From an uncultured bacterium (lineage in GTDB: Bacteria; Patescibacteriota; Minisyncoccia; UBA6257; 2-01-FULL-56-20), in contig CAWJQC010000009.1 in assembly GCA_963844965.1 (NCBI GenBank), positions 1 through 64,000 on the forward strand: a DNA stretch of 64,000 bases. Direction: 5' to 3'. Below the pieces are notes generated by a model. That model was not told where the DNA came from. It did no database searches and saw only the letters and a program-made list of their open reading frames with translations. Shown here in pieces: positions 27,157 through 35,935 of this stretch. Positions within the stretch are counted from its first letter, which is position 1. Each line of letters starts with the position of its first letter. The translations under genes were made by a program, and so were the position numbers.

Positions 27157-29796
27157 TCAGTTCTCGCTCATATTACCAGGGCTGAGGTCGCTATTGTCCC
27201 AGCGGACGCCGTGTTCTTCGGTGACGTCAAACGGACTTTTCCCGCCGTTATTGTGCTCGTTGACATCGCCCGCGACACTACCCGTTCCTTTCGTGGCGGC
27301 ATAGTTTTCGCCGTCGTTGCCGTCAAAGTTTTTCTGCCCGCTTTCTTCTTGTTTTTTGCTTTGCGCGCCGGTTTCTCTTGGTGAAATTGCTGACCGCGGT
27401 GCAGCCGCCGGAATAACTTTCCGCAGCGAATCGCTTATCGCCTCGCGTAATCCACCGATATTCACTTCAAATTTCTGATAAATCTTCGGTTGTTGCTGCG
27501 GTTGTGGCTGGGATTGCTGTCGCGGTTGCTCGGGCCGCCACTGTGGTTGCGAATACCGATTTTCAGGTGCTTCCGCGCGCCGGTTGAGCCCGCTTCGTGA
27601 AACGGACGGGGGTGTCGGCCGCGAACGCGGCGCGCGATTGGACTCGCGTTCGGGGCGATCCGCTTCTCGCTCTCTCGTTCTGCCATATGAGCCGCCTGTC
27701 ACTCCCGGTCTCGGCTGGTCAATATTTTCGCGATAGTCTCCGCTCACATACAGGAGCGTCTGTTCACCGCCACTCCTTTTATCGTCGCGGCGGATAGTGC
27801 TCCGACTCATACCTGCCATATCTTTTCCACCAGTTTCAGTTTCCGAAATATTATCGTTTATGTTCGGAGAATCTTCTTTTTTTTTACTTTGATCGGCCCC
27901 TTCGCTGCGTTCATCAAGGGCAGCCGGCGGGGTTCTCGGTGGAGTTGTGGGCGGTGGCGCAGATTCTTTTTGATCGTTTTTCAGATTATTTCTCCGTAGC
28001 GAATCGCTTATTGCTTTGCGCAGTTCCTCAATGTTTACTTCGGTCTTGGGATGAACTTTTGGCTGAAAGATTTGCGGTCGGCTACCTGGTGTTGTTTTCG
28101 TTTCCTGAGGATAGGGTCTCGTTTCCTGCGGTTGCGGTCGCTCTGCGGTTCTCTGAGGAACGCGCGACTCCGTCGGGGCCGGTTCTCTAACCGTGTCTCC
28201 GGTCCGGAAGTTTGCGGACGGAAATCTCGCGGTCGCTGGTCCACGCGCAACAGCTCCGTCTTCGAAATAAGGACGTTTCAGCGGTACGACTTCGGGTCCG
28301 GGTCGGTTGCTTGTTGCGGCAGTTTCGCCCGCTGGCCGGAAACGTTTCAGCGGCACAATTCTCGGTTCCGGGCGGCTCGCGGGAGCGGAAGAGGCGTACG
28401 AAGAAGGCGGGCGTCGCTCCGGTGACGAACCTTGCAGGGTTTGCCGCAATGGGCGCTCATACTGGCGACTGACTTTCTCATCAACCAGGGTTTCGCTCGC
28501 GGTTTGCCATTCGCTCGCAATTTTATCTTCCACGATTTTTCTCGGCGTGCCATACTTCTGCTGGGAATTTTTTATAATGACGTCTTTGTAAACGAGAAGC
28601 GGAATTTTCTGAGGAGGCGGCGTTTCCGCCGAGAAAGGCCTGGAGGCCACGCCGTCTATCATGAGTTTTATGTAAATGTTGGCCTTCGCCAGATTCACGA
28701 GATCGTTCTGAAGAAATTCCGGCGTGAATTCCGTTTCCAGGAATTCCGCGTCCGCTCCGCCGACGCGGAAGCAAATTATGGTGCCGATGTTGCCGAAAAC
28801 AGAGTCACGCACCTTGGTGCTCTGGTCCGTCATGAGCTGCCCGATGTACTGGTGTGCCAGGATCAGGCTCAGGCGGTACTTTCTCGCTTCAGAAAGAATG
28901 TTGGCGAAAGAATCCGTGGCGAAGTTCTGGAACTCGTCAACGTAAAGGAAAAAGTCCCTTCTTTGCTCTTCGGGCATATCCACGCGCGACATAGCCGCGA
29001 GCTGCAGGCGGGTGATGACCATCGCGCCCAAAAGCGCCGAGTTGTCTTCGCCAATCCTGCCCTTGGACAAATTCGCTATGAAAATTTTTCCGCTGTCCAT
29101 AATCTCGCGCATGTTGAGCGTGGAATTCGGCTGTCCCAATATATTCCTGATCAGCGGATTTGAAATAAATTGGCCTACCTTGTTTTGAATCGCGGCCACC
29201 GCTTCGGTTTCCAGGCGCTGCGTGTAGCGGGCGAATTCGTTCACCCAGAAGGCCTTCACGACGGGATCCTTAAGGTTTTCCACTATCTTCTTGCGGTAAA
29301 CCGGTTCGGACAGCATCCTCATGATTCCCAAAAGAGTTGAACCGGGAAGTTCCAGAAGCGCGAGGAGCGTGTTGTTCAATATGTAAGCCATGCGCGCCGA
29401 CCAGACGTCAACGAATATTTTTTTGAAGACCCCCATGAGACCGGAGGCAACAAGGTGTCTGAATTCGGGATTGACCTGCTCCATCGGATTGAAGGCGACC
29501 GGATATTCCATATCGGCGGGATTGAAATAGATCACGTCATCCATCCTTTCTTCCGGCACGAAGTCCAAAACTTTTTCCGCAAGCTCGCCGTGGGGATCAA
29601 CAACCGCCAAGCCCCTGCCGGCTTTGATGTCAGCGATGGCCATATTTTCAAGAAGCGTGGTTTTGCCCACGCCGGTCTTGCCAATAAGGTAAACGTGCCT
29701 CCGGCGGTCATCAAGTTTTATGCCGAATTTCGTCCTCCGGTTCCTGAAATTGCAGAAACCCAGCGGCGCCAGATCTTTTTCGTTGTTACTATTCAT
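27157..29796 (-). CDS. TraD/VirD4/HerA-like P-loop ATPase (DUF87-type coupling-protein-like) with long C-terminal Pro/Arg/Gln/Ser-rich repetitive tail
   Basis: 879 aa. Walker A YLIGKTGVGKTT, Walker B FLYVDEFQNF, LILAHQYIGQL. The C-terminal 400 aa are low-complexity with two copies of a (K/P)x(I/K)(F/Y)Q...EVNI..LR.AISDSLR motif. Confidence 0.6.
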   Translation of the reverse strand: MNSNNEKDLAPLGFCNFRNRRTKFGIKLDDRRRHVYLIGKTGVGKTTLLENMAIADIKAGRGLAVVDPHGELAEKVLDFVPEERMDDVIYFNPADMEYPVAFNPMEQVNPEFRHLVASGLMGVFKKIFVDVWSARMAYILNNTLLALLELPGSTLLGIMRMLSEPVYRKKIVENLKDPVVKAFWVNEFARYTQRLETEAVAAIQNKVGQFISNPLIRNILGQPNSTLNMREIMDSGKIFIANLSKGRIGEDNSALLGAMVITRLQLAAMSRVDMPEEQRRDFFLYVDEFQNFATDSFANILSEARKYRLSLILAHQYIGQLMTDQSTKVRDSVFGNIGTIICFRVGGADAEFLETEFTPEFLQNDLVNLAKANIYIKLMIDGVASRPFSAETPPPQKIPLLVYKDVIIKNSQQKYGTPRKIVEDKIASEWQTASETLVDEKVSRQYERPLRQTLQGSSPERRPPSSYASSAPASRPEPRIVPLKRFRPAGETAATSNRPGPEVVPLKRPYFEDGAVARGPATARFPSANFRTGDTVREPAPTESRVPQRTAERPQPQETRPYPQETKTTPGSRPQIFQPKVHPKTEVNIEELRKAISDSLRRNNLKNDQKESAPPPTTPPRTPPAALDERSEGADQSKKKEDSPNINDNISETETGGKDMAGMSRSTIRRDDKRSGGEQTLLYVSGDYRENIDQPRPGVTGGSYGRTREREADRPERESNRAPRSRPTPPSVSRSGLNRRAEAPENRYSQPQWRPEQPRQQSQPQPQQQPKIYQKFEVNIGGLREAISDSLRKVIPAAAPRSAISPRETGAQSKKQEESGQKNFDGNDGENYAATKGTGSVAGDVNEHNNGGKSPFDVTEEHGVRWDNSDLSPGNMSEN

Positions 29797-29828
29797 GCTT
29801 TCAGGTTTCTATTATTGAAAATTGAAAA

Positions 29829-31130
29829 TTAGGCCGCCTCTTCTTCTATTACCGGCAGAGGCGCCGGCGGGCCTCCTTTTCGCGACTCAACTTTTTCCAA
29901 AGAAGTGGTTCCAACTCCGGTTATTGGGAAGTGATAAATGGTGGCAAGCTCCTCAATGTTCAAGATCGGCTTATGGGGATTGAAAACCATATCGCGATAG
30001 TGCTCAAAGACCAGGCGTTTGCGCCATCTGAGGCGAAGCGCCACCAGCCAGTAGTGAATGGCGCGGGTCATGGTTGCCTTATCGGGCTTCAGGAGATTCA
30101 TATTCTGCGTGTTGAATTGCCTGAAGAAACCCGATATCGATGCCACATGATCGCGGCTGAACGACCCTCGTTTATCTATGTAAAGGAAGCGGATGTTGGT
30201 CTCAAAGCCGAGTTTGGCGATCTTTCTTTCTATGCCCTCCACGACCTCTCTCTGGCCAGGGGTCAGCATCAGTATCCTGAAATTGGTTCCCTCTTCTCTT
30301 TTCCTCTCCACTTCCAATGACGGGTGTTGAAACGGGGATCTCAACACCTCCTCCATCGTTACGCCGAAGATGGAGGAAAAAAACGGCTTTTTCTTTTTCT
30401 TTTCTTCTCTGCCGGTCAATTTGTCCACAATGGCCATTCCTTTGTCTTTCCAGTCGTCGCCGGTCGGCCGCGCCATTATTTGTATCCATATCCTTTCGTC
30501 GTCCTTGAGCTTAGACACCGTTTCAATGATCATGGCCATAGGATCAACCCTGCGCTCCTCCACCGCTTCTTCAAACATCGGGTAAGTCCTTATGGGATAG
30601 CAATTCGGCGCTCTTAATATTTCTTCCTCGCCGTAGACGTCAAATACTTTATTGGGCAGGACGTATGGCATTTGTTTCACGTAATCCTCCACTTCGGTTA
30701 TTTCCGCCTCCGGATACTGGGAGTAGATAGCCGACTCCATCAAGTGGCGGAACTGTGTCGGCACGCGCATGTAAAAATGAATTTCGCCGTTCTGACCCAC
30801 CAGCTCAAACGATGTCCAGTATTCCTCTTTGCCCTCCCAATATTTTTCCGTGAGCCTCAAGCCGTAGGAATAAGGTACGTGAGCGGCGGCGAAAATCTGC
30901 TCCATGGCTTTCGGAGTCTTCAATATGTTTTTCGGGACTTTGATCTCCAGAAGCTTCCAGTCTATGCCGGTCACGAAGCGGAAGTGGAGATAAATAAGCC
31001 AGAAATCCCAGAAGAAGAAAAATGCGAGGAGCGGCAGGGCTATCCACCACACGGCGCCCCAGACGCTTCTGACGCTTTCCCAAAGGCCGCTCAGAAGCGG
31101 CGAACTGGCGATTATTTGCGACGGAGTCAT
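29829..31130 (-). CDS. hypothetical membrane protein encoded immediately upstream of the TraD-like ATPase (probable operon partner)
   Basis: 433 aa with two N-terminal TM helices (WGAVWWIALPLLAFFFFWDFWLIYL). 32-nt gap to the ATPase gene. Confidence 0.5.
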   Translation of the reverse strand: MTPSQIIASSPLLSGLWESVRSVWGAVWWIALPLLAFFFFWDFWLIYLHFRFVTGIDWKLLEIKVPKNILKTPKAMEQIFAAAHVPYSYGLRLTEKYWEGKEEYWTSFELVGQNGEIHFYMRVPTQFRHLMESAIYSQYPEAEITEVEDYVKQMPYVLPNKVFDVYGEEEILRAPNCYPIRTYPMFEEAVEERRVDPMAMIIETVSKLKDDERIWIQIMARPTGDDWKDKGMAIVDKLTGREEKKKKKPFFSSIFGVTMEEVLRSPFQHPSLEVERKREEGTNFRILMLTPGQREVVEGIERKIAKLGFETNIRFLYIDKRGSFSRDHVASISGFFRQFNTQNMNLLKPDKATMTRAIHYWLVALRLRWRKRLVFEHYRDMVFNPHKPILNIEELATIYHFPITGVGTTSLEKVESRKGGPPAPLPVIEEEAA

Positions 31131-31138
31131 AGAGATTT

Positions 31139-31278
31139 CAATTTCTAATTTCTAATATCTAATTTCTAAATAACACCGAAATCCCAATGCCCAAAATTCT
31201 AAACGTTTGGGATTTGCGATTTGTATATTGGGATTTGTTTAGGATTTAGAAATTTAAATTTAGAAATTTCTGCCATAC
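31139..31278 (-). repeat. AT-rich intergenic element copy A (tagaaatt repeats + ttgggattt repeats) abutting the start codon at 31130
   Basis: Shares an exact 31-nt core aatttctaatttctaatatctaatttctaaa, followed by tgtttggg.tttg.gatttg...ttgggattt.tttagga.ttagaaatt, with copy B at 33395. Confidence 0.6.
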
Positions 31279-31371
31279 TTATAAGTATAAAATCAAAGTG
31301 CAATAACCGCCAATCACAACTATTCGCGAATATTCGCGAATATAATTTTGCATAATTCGGATTTATTCTGG

Positions 31372-32019
31372 TTACGCTTCGCGCACTCGGTATCTTCCAT
31401 CAGGTAAGCGTTCAAAGAAACTTTTGTTTTGCAGGTTTATAAGAACGGTGTTGGGTTTGAAGAATCTTTGTTTTGCCACGTGAGCGACGACATCGTTCGG
31501 CTTCAGCGGTCCCGCCTCCCGCAGAACCTTTTGTATCACTTCCCGCGCGATTCCCGGCTCGTAGCCGTGTTCGCGGAGAGCGTACATCCCGCGTCCAACC
31601 AGCACGAACCGCTCGTCTTTGATCAGCTCGTTATGAACGGTGGGCGCGAGCGCAACCTGGCCGCTGAGTCCGCTCTCATTTATGACCTTGGCTATGTCCA
31701 CGAAATGAAGCGGCTCTTGTTTCTTTTTTAGAACCAAGTAGATGCGGTCTCTCGTGGTCATCGGCTTAATCTCCGGCCAATCGCGCAAGCCAAAATCGCC
31801 GTAGGAATTCTGGCAGATCTTCTTTGAAATACTCAAATAGTTTTCAGCGTGATTTTTGTTGGTTAATTTTGCCCTACTGAACTCCCTGAAGCTTTCAATA
31901 TAAGCGCCGTCCAATATTTTGGGTTTGCGCTCCTTGAGGTGCGAGACCCATCCATCAATAAAACCAACCGCTGTTTTGAGATACGTTCTTGGAAAGGTAA
32001 TAGAACGGCCAGAAGTCAT
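31372..32019 (-). CDS. winged-helix DNA-binding protein (HARE-HTH/RNAP-delta-like region); may be the C-terminal part of the overlapping upstream sigma-region-4 ORF
   Basis: 215 aa. Segment PLHFVDIAKVINESGLSGQ...FVLVGRGMYALREHGY resembles HARE-HTH. Overlaps the ORF 31955-32404 by 65 nt in another frame. Confidence 0.4.
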   Translation of the reverse strand: MTSGRSITFPRTYLKTAVGFIDGWVSHLKERKPKILDGAYIESFREFSRAKLTNKNHAENYLSISKKICQNSYGDFGLRDWPEIKPMTTRDRIYLVLKKKQEPLHFVDIAKVINESGLSGQVALAPTVHNELIKDERFVLVGRGMYALREHGYEPGIAREVIQKVLREAGPLKPNDVVAHVAKQRFFKPNTVLINLQNKSFFERLPDGRYRVREA

Positions 32020-32404
32020 CGTCTTCCGGGTGGTAGTAAAAAGCTGGAAGCGCTTCTATCAAAAGCGCCAGGTGATGATCGCCCAAGCCGTCAGCGATAT
32101 CTTTCAAGTTGCCGAGAAGCGCGTCGTTCTTCATAACGCCGCCGGCGTTTTTCAGATGCTTTTTACTGGAAGCGATTATTTGCGCGCAGTCGGGATTCTT
32201 TGAAATTTCCTTTGAAATGGTATCTATGGCTGAATTCTCTATTTGTCTGATTCTTTCCCGCGTTACGTGCATTCTGTCGCCTATCGCCGCCAGCGTTTCA
32301 TAATCGCCTTTGTTATTCAAACCAAAACGGCCGCAAATTACTTCCTTTTGGCGGCTATTTAAGACACTTATTAAACTATTGAACAACTTCTGTGCCGAAG
32401 TCAT
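31955..32404 (-). CDS. sigma-70 region-4 (HTH) domain protein
   Basis: 149 aa. RQKEVICGRFGL...TLAAIGDRMHVTRERIRQIENSAI matches the sigma-70 region 4 HTH. Confidence 0.5.
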   Translation of the reverse strand: MTSAQKLFNSLISVLNSRQKEVICGRFGLNNKGDYETLAAIGDRMHVTRERIRQIENSAIDTISKEISKNPDCAQIIASSKKHLKNAGGVMKNDALLGNLKDIADGLGDHHLALLIEALPAFYYHPEDDDFWPFYYLSKNVSQNSGWFY

Positions 32405-32487
32405 ATGAGTTATTTGTTAGTTATTATACACCAGAGACCTTTTAAAAGTCAAGGGGGGGTTGCCCACACCCCATTTTTGGGCTTATT

Positions 32488-33394
32488 TTATAAGGATTTT
32501 GAGGGGCTTTTACCGAATATGAGAAGGGCGGGGCTGGCAATGAAGATAGATGAGTAAATGCCGGTAGTAACGCCGACGAGAAGCGTCAAAATAAAGTACC
32601 GCAGATTTATGGGACCCGTGAAGTACATGGCGACGAGCACCAAAATCAGCGTAAGAGAGGTGTTTATGGATCTCGCCAGGGTTTGATTGACGCTTGCGTT
32701 TATAAGGGTCTCAAAGTCCTCCCTGCCTCTGCTTTTTAACAAATTTTCCCTTATTCTGTCAAATACCACGATTGTGTCGTGCACTGAGAAACCCATGACG
32801 ACGAGGAGTGCGACCACGAAATTGCTGTCAATCTCAATTTTCAAAAAATGTCCGAGCAACGCGAGGAGACCGGCTGGAATGGCGACGTCGTGAAAAAGCG
32901 TGAGTAGCGTCACGATGCCATACTTCCAGGAGCTCACCGGCCGCGACGCCTTTCTGAAAGCGAAGGCTATGTAAAGAGAAATGCCGATAAGGACGAGGCC
33001 GATGGCGATCAAAGCGTCCTTGCGGAGCTCCACGCCGATTGACGGTCCGATGGACTGGAAACTCAATTCGTCAAACGAAGGAATTTTGTTCTTAAGGACG
33101 CTCAAATATTTTTGGTGGTCGGTTTCGTTTATCTCCCCGGCCCGCACGAGGAATGTTCCGTTGGTTGTGTCGTAAGTAGCTACGGCATCCGGCAGGGCTG
33201 AGATCGGTATTGAAAATATTCTGGACGGCAGCCGGATCCGTATTGCCGCTCGCGGCCCGGAACTGCCAGAGCGTCCCGCCCGCAAAATCAACCCCTTCTT
33301 TAAACCTGAAGATGAGCATCGCGAGGATAGCTACGCCGACCAAGACACCGGAGAGCAAATAGAAATATTTTCGATTACCGATGATGTTTAACAT
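32488..33394 (-). CDS. secF: protein translocase subunit SecF, interrupted by an apparent frameshift between about 33200 and 33290 (N-terminal 100-aa ORF 33092-33394, C-terminal ORF 32488-33291)
   Basis: N-terminal ORF: TM helix plus GVDFAGGT. C-terminal ORF: SecF/SecD RND-like TM bundle (LARSINTSLTLILVLVAMYFTG). Directly downstream of secD. Confidence 0.7.
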
Positions 33395-33492
33395 AAATTT
33401 CTAATTTCTAATATCTAATTTCTAAACAATATGTTTGGGGTTTGTGATTTGGGTGTTGGGATTTATTTAGGAATTAGAAATTAGGATTTAGG
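33395..33492 (-). repeat. AT-rich intergenic element copy B abutting the secF start codon and overlapping the secD 3-prime end
   Basis: Same 31-nt core and ttgggatttatttaggaattagaaatt tail as copy A. Confidence 0.6.
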
Positions 33493-34785
33493 ATTTGTTG
33501 TCTTGTCGTCTTTAATGAAGACCCTGAGGAACAGCCGCGTTGTCGTAATGGCGGAAAACAAGCTAACAAGAACGCCGATGAGGAGTGTCAGGGCGAAACC
33601 GCGAACAAAACTTGAAGTAAATTCATAGAGAATTATCGCCGTGATTATCGTGGACATGTTGGAATCGCGAATGGAGGGCCAGGCGCGCCGGAAGCCCTCT
33701 TCCATGGCGGATGTCTTTGAAAGTCCGTGTTTCAGTTCTTCTTTAATGCGTTCAAAGGTCAGGATGTTTGCGTCAACGGCCATACCGATGGTCAGGATAA
33801 ATCCGGCGAAACCGGCGAGACTTAGCGTTATTGGTATGAGTTTGAATACGCCGAGCGTGAGCGCGATATAAATAAGGAGCGCTAACGCGGCGTAAATGCC
33901 AAGCTTCCGATAGTACATGAGCATGAAAATAATTATAAGTACGGTGCCGATGATGCCGGCAATTATAACTTTGCGCAACGAGTCCGCTCCCAAGCTCGGG
34001 CTTATCGTCTGCTGATTGATAAGCGTGATCGGCGCGGGCAGCGCTCCGGCATTGAAACGCTCAACAAGTTTCTGCGCTTCGTCCACGGTGAAGCTGCCGG
34101 TAATCACGGCATGCCCTCCGGAAATCTGTTGCTGAACGACGGGGCAGGTCATAAGCTGATTGTCTATGAAAACAGGCAATGGCCTTTGAATATTTGCTCC
34201 CGTGAGATTTTCAAAAATCTTCGCGCCTTCGTCATTGAAAGTGATGGACACGCGCGGCGCGCGAGTTGTTTGGTCAAACTCCAGCTGTGCCCCCGTGACA
34301 TACCGTCCGGTCAGGTTTGTTACGACAAGAGTTGAACTTGCCGGGACGTTGCAGGCCGCGGCTATATCCGGCGGCATGGGGGCTACTTTCTCGCCCGGTG
34401 TGGGAGTTTCTATTTGTGCAAAATAAAGAAGCGGTGTTGAACCGATTTCCTTGATGGCGTCCGAAATATTCGTTACACCGGCCAGTTCCACGACGAGCTG
34501 GGCGTTGCCGCCTGACCTCGCGGTAAATATTTGCGGCTCACTCACACCAAATAAGTTCACTCTACGCTCTATCACGTCCCGCAGTCCGTTGATAACGGAA
34601 TCTTGGTCGGTAGCCGCTACTTGGGAGAGGTCAATCTGATAGACGAGGTGGCTGCCGCCGACCAAGTCCAGCCCCAGACGCCACGGCTGGTATCTGGCGC
34701 CGAGCCATTTCGGATAAACAAAAATCACGGCCGCGATAGCGACCAAAATTATGATTGTTAAAAACAAGCCCGGATTACGGCGCAT
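33481..34785 (-). CDS. secD: protein translocase subunit SecD
   Basis: 434 aa. N-terminal TM, large periplasmic domain, C-terminal six-TM bundle with LAGFAGFILTIGMAVDANIL typical of SecD. Confidence 0.85.
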   Translation of the reverse strand: MRRNPGLFLTIIILVAIAAVIFVYPKWLGARYQPWRLGLDLVGGSHLVYQIDLSQVAATDQDSVINGLRDVIERRVNLFGVSEPQIFTARSGGNAQLVVELAGVTNISDAIKEIGSTPLLYFAQIETPTPGEKVAPMPPDIAAACNVPASSTLVVTNLTGRYVTGAQLEFDQTTRAPRVSITFNDEGAKIFENLTGANIQRPLPVFIDNQLMTCPVVQQQISGGHAVITGSFTVDEAQKLVERFNAGALPAPITLINQQTISPSLGADSLRKVIIAGIIGTVLIIIFMLMYYRKLGIYAALALLIYIALTLGVFKLIPITLSLAGFAGFILTIGMAVDANILTFERIKEELKHGLSKTSAMEEGFRRAWPSIRDSNMSTIITAIILYEFTSSFVRGFALTLLIGVLVSLFSAITTTRLFLRVFIKDDKTTNPKS

Positions 34786-34917
34786 ACCCAGTAGTGAAAC
34801 TGTGATTATTTATAAATCAAGCAATTCACGACGTAATTACTAATTGCCCATGCAATAAACCGTAGATGCCGCAAAGATGTTTTCCGCCTACGGCGTCGCA
34901 GTTCTACTACTGGGCAT
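34786..34917. repeat. approx. 130-bp element bounded by imperfect inverted repeats (cccagtagtgaaac ... gttctactactggg), copy 1, abutting the secD start codon
   Basis: The same terminal motifs bound a second copy at 53882-54008 directly upstream of corA. Confidence 0.5.
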
Positions 34918-34961
34918 ATGGAAATTAGTGTAACAGCATTCTAACAAAAAGTAAACACTTG

Positions 34962-35034
34962 TACCCCCACTAGGAATCGGACCTAGGTCAACTGCTTAAA
35001 AGGCAGCTGCTCTACCACTGAGCTATGGGGGCTG
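34962..35034 (-). tRNA. tRNA-Lys (anticodon UUU)
   Basis: Reverse strand GCCCCCATAGCTCAGTGGTAGAGCAGCTGCCTTTTAAGCAGTTGACCTAGGTCCGATTCCTAGTGGGGGTA folds as a cloverleaf: 7-bp acceptor, D-arm AGCTCAGTGGTAGAGC, anticodon loop CTTTTAA, T-arm GGTCCGATTCC. CCA not encoded. Confidence 0.8.
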
Positions 35035-35156
35035 ACCTGTATTATAACTTCTAATTTGGTTATTTTCAAACAAACAGAGCCGCTCTAAGGCGGCCTGAAG
35101 TGGATAGGTTTATTTAGACATTAATTCGATGATTTTTGTAACCCTATCCCACCGCG

Positions 35157-35687
35157 TTACTTGCTATTTCTCATTCGTTTTATCACTTCGCCAAATCTTC
35201 GCTCGAACTTATTTTTTGGTACTTGGCTACTATAGTGGAGAGCATAGTCCACTTTTATCTCTTTAGAAATTCGTGGCTCAATAAACGGCCCGAAGCTCGC
35301 CTCATAAGTTCTTCTACCCAAAACTACAATGGCTTTCGGTCGTATAATTTCTATTTCTTTAAGTAGGAATGGTAACCATTTCTGTATTTCTTTCTCTGTC
35401 GGTTGTCTTGGTCTATCTCCCGCCTTAACAATGTCGGTTACATAACTCCCGGCGACACCATATTTAACCATCATTTCTTGAAGAAATTTGTCTCTGGTTG
35501 TCCTGCTGAAATTGGGGTATTTATTTCTATTAGATTTTTCTTCGGGCTTATTCATAGACGGCATCTCTGCGACAAACATAAAATTAAACCGTTCCCGTGA
35601 GTCCTTTGGCAAAAATACCCCGCTCGATTCCCGTGATGGCTTTAGTTTTTTATTAAGATTTTTTAGTTTGTCTAGCTTACTGTTCAT
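35157..35687 (-). CDS. putative uracil-DNA glycosylase superfamily protein (family 4/5-like, divergent)
   Basis: 176 aa. FVAEMPS (degenerate GE.PG-type motif A region), AIVVLGRRTY, ALHYSS (motif B-like His). Weak. Confidence 0.3.
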   Translation of the reverse strand: MNSKLDKLKNLNKKLKPSRESSGVFLPKDSRERFNFMFVAEMPSMNKPEEKSNRNKYPNFSRTTRDKFLQEMMVKYGVAGSYVTDIVKAGDRPRQPTEKEIQKWLPFLLKEIEIIRPKAIVVLGRRTYEASFGPFIEPRISKEIKVDYALHYSSQVPKNKFERRFGEVIKRMRNSK

Positions 35688-35707
35688 AGAAAAACTCTTC
35701 TATCTTT

Positions 35708-35888
35708 TCATCTTTTCGATTCACTGATTTTCTTTTTGCAATCTTTGCAAATACCAGCCATTTGTTCGTCCCAATTGCTTAAATATTTTTTACAACTTAC
35801 ACACCGATTGGTTTCGGGAGTGGGAAGATGACACTTAGGACAAGAAGACATTCCGCCATATACAGCACCGCATTTGCAATTTGGCATA
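35708..35888 (-). CDS. small zinc-ribbon protein (59 aa, two CxxC pairs plus extra Cys), not in the ORF track
   Basis: Reverse strand ATG at 35888: MPNCKCGAVYGGMSSCPKCHLPTPETNRCVSCKKYLSNWDEQMAGICKDCKKKISESKR*. Confidence 0.35.
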
Positions 35889-35935
35889 ATTTCGTATTTT
35901 TATTTTATATTTTTACTATATACGCGCGCGACCTT

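Noticed and set aside
31139-33492. Possible CRISPR array suggested by repeated aatttctaa / tagaaatt units
   Set aside because: Units are 8-9 nt, irregularly spaced, with no spacer-like unique segments; the two copies are 2 kb apart and are intergenic leaders, not arrays.
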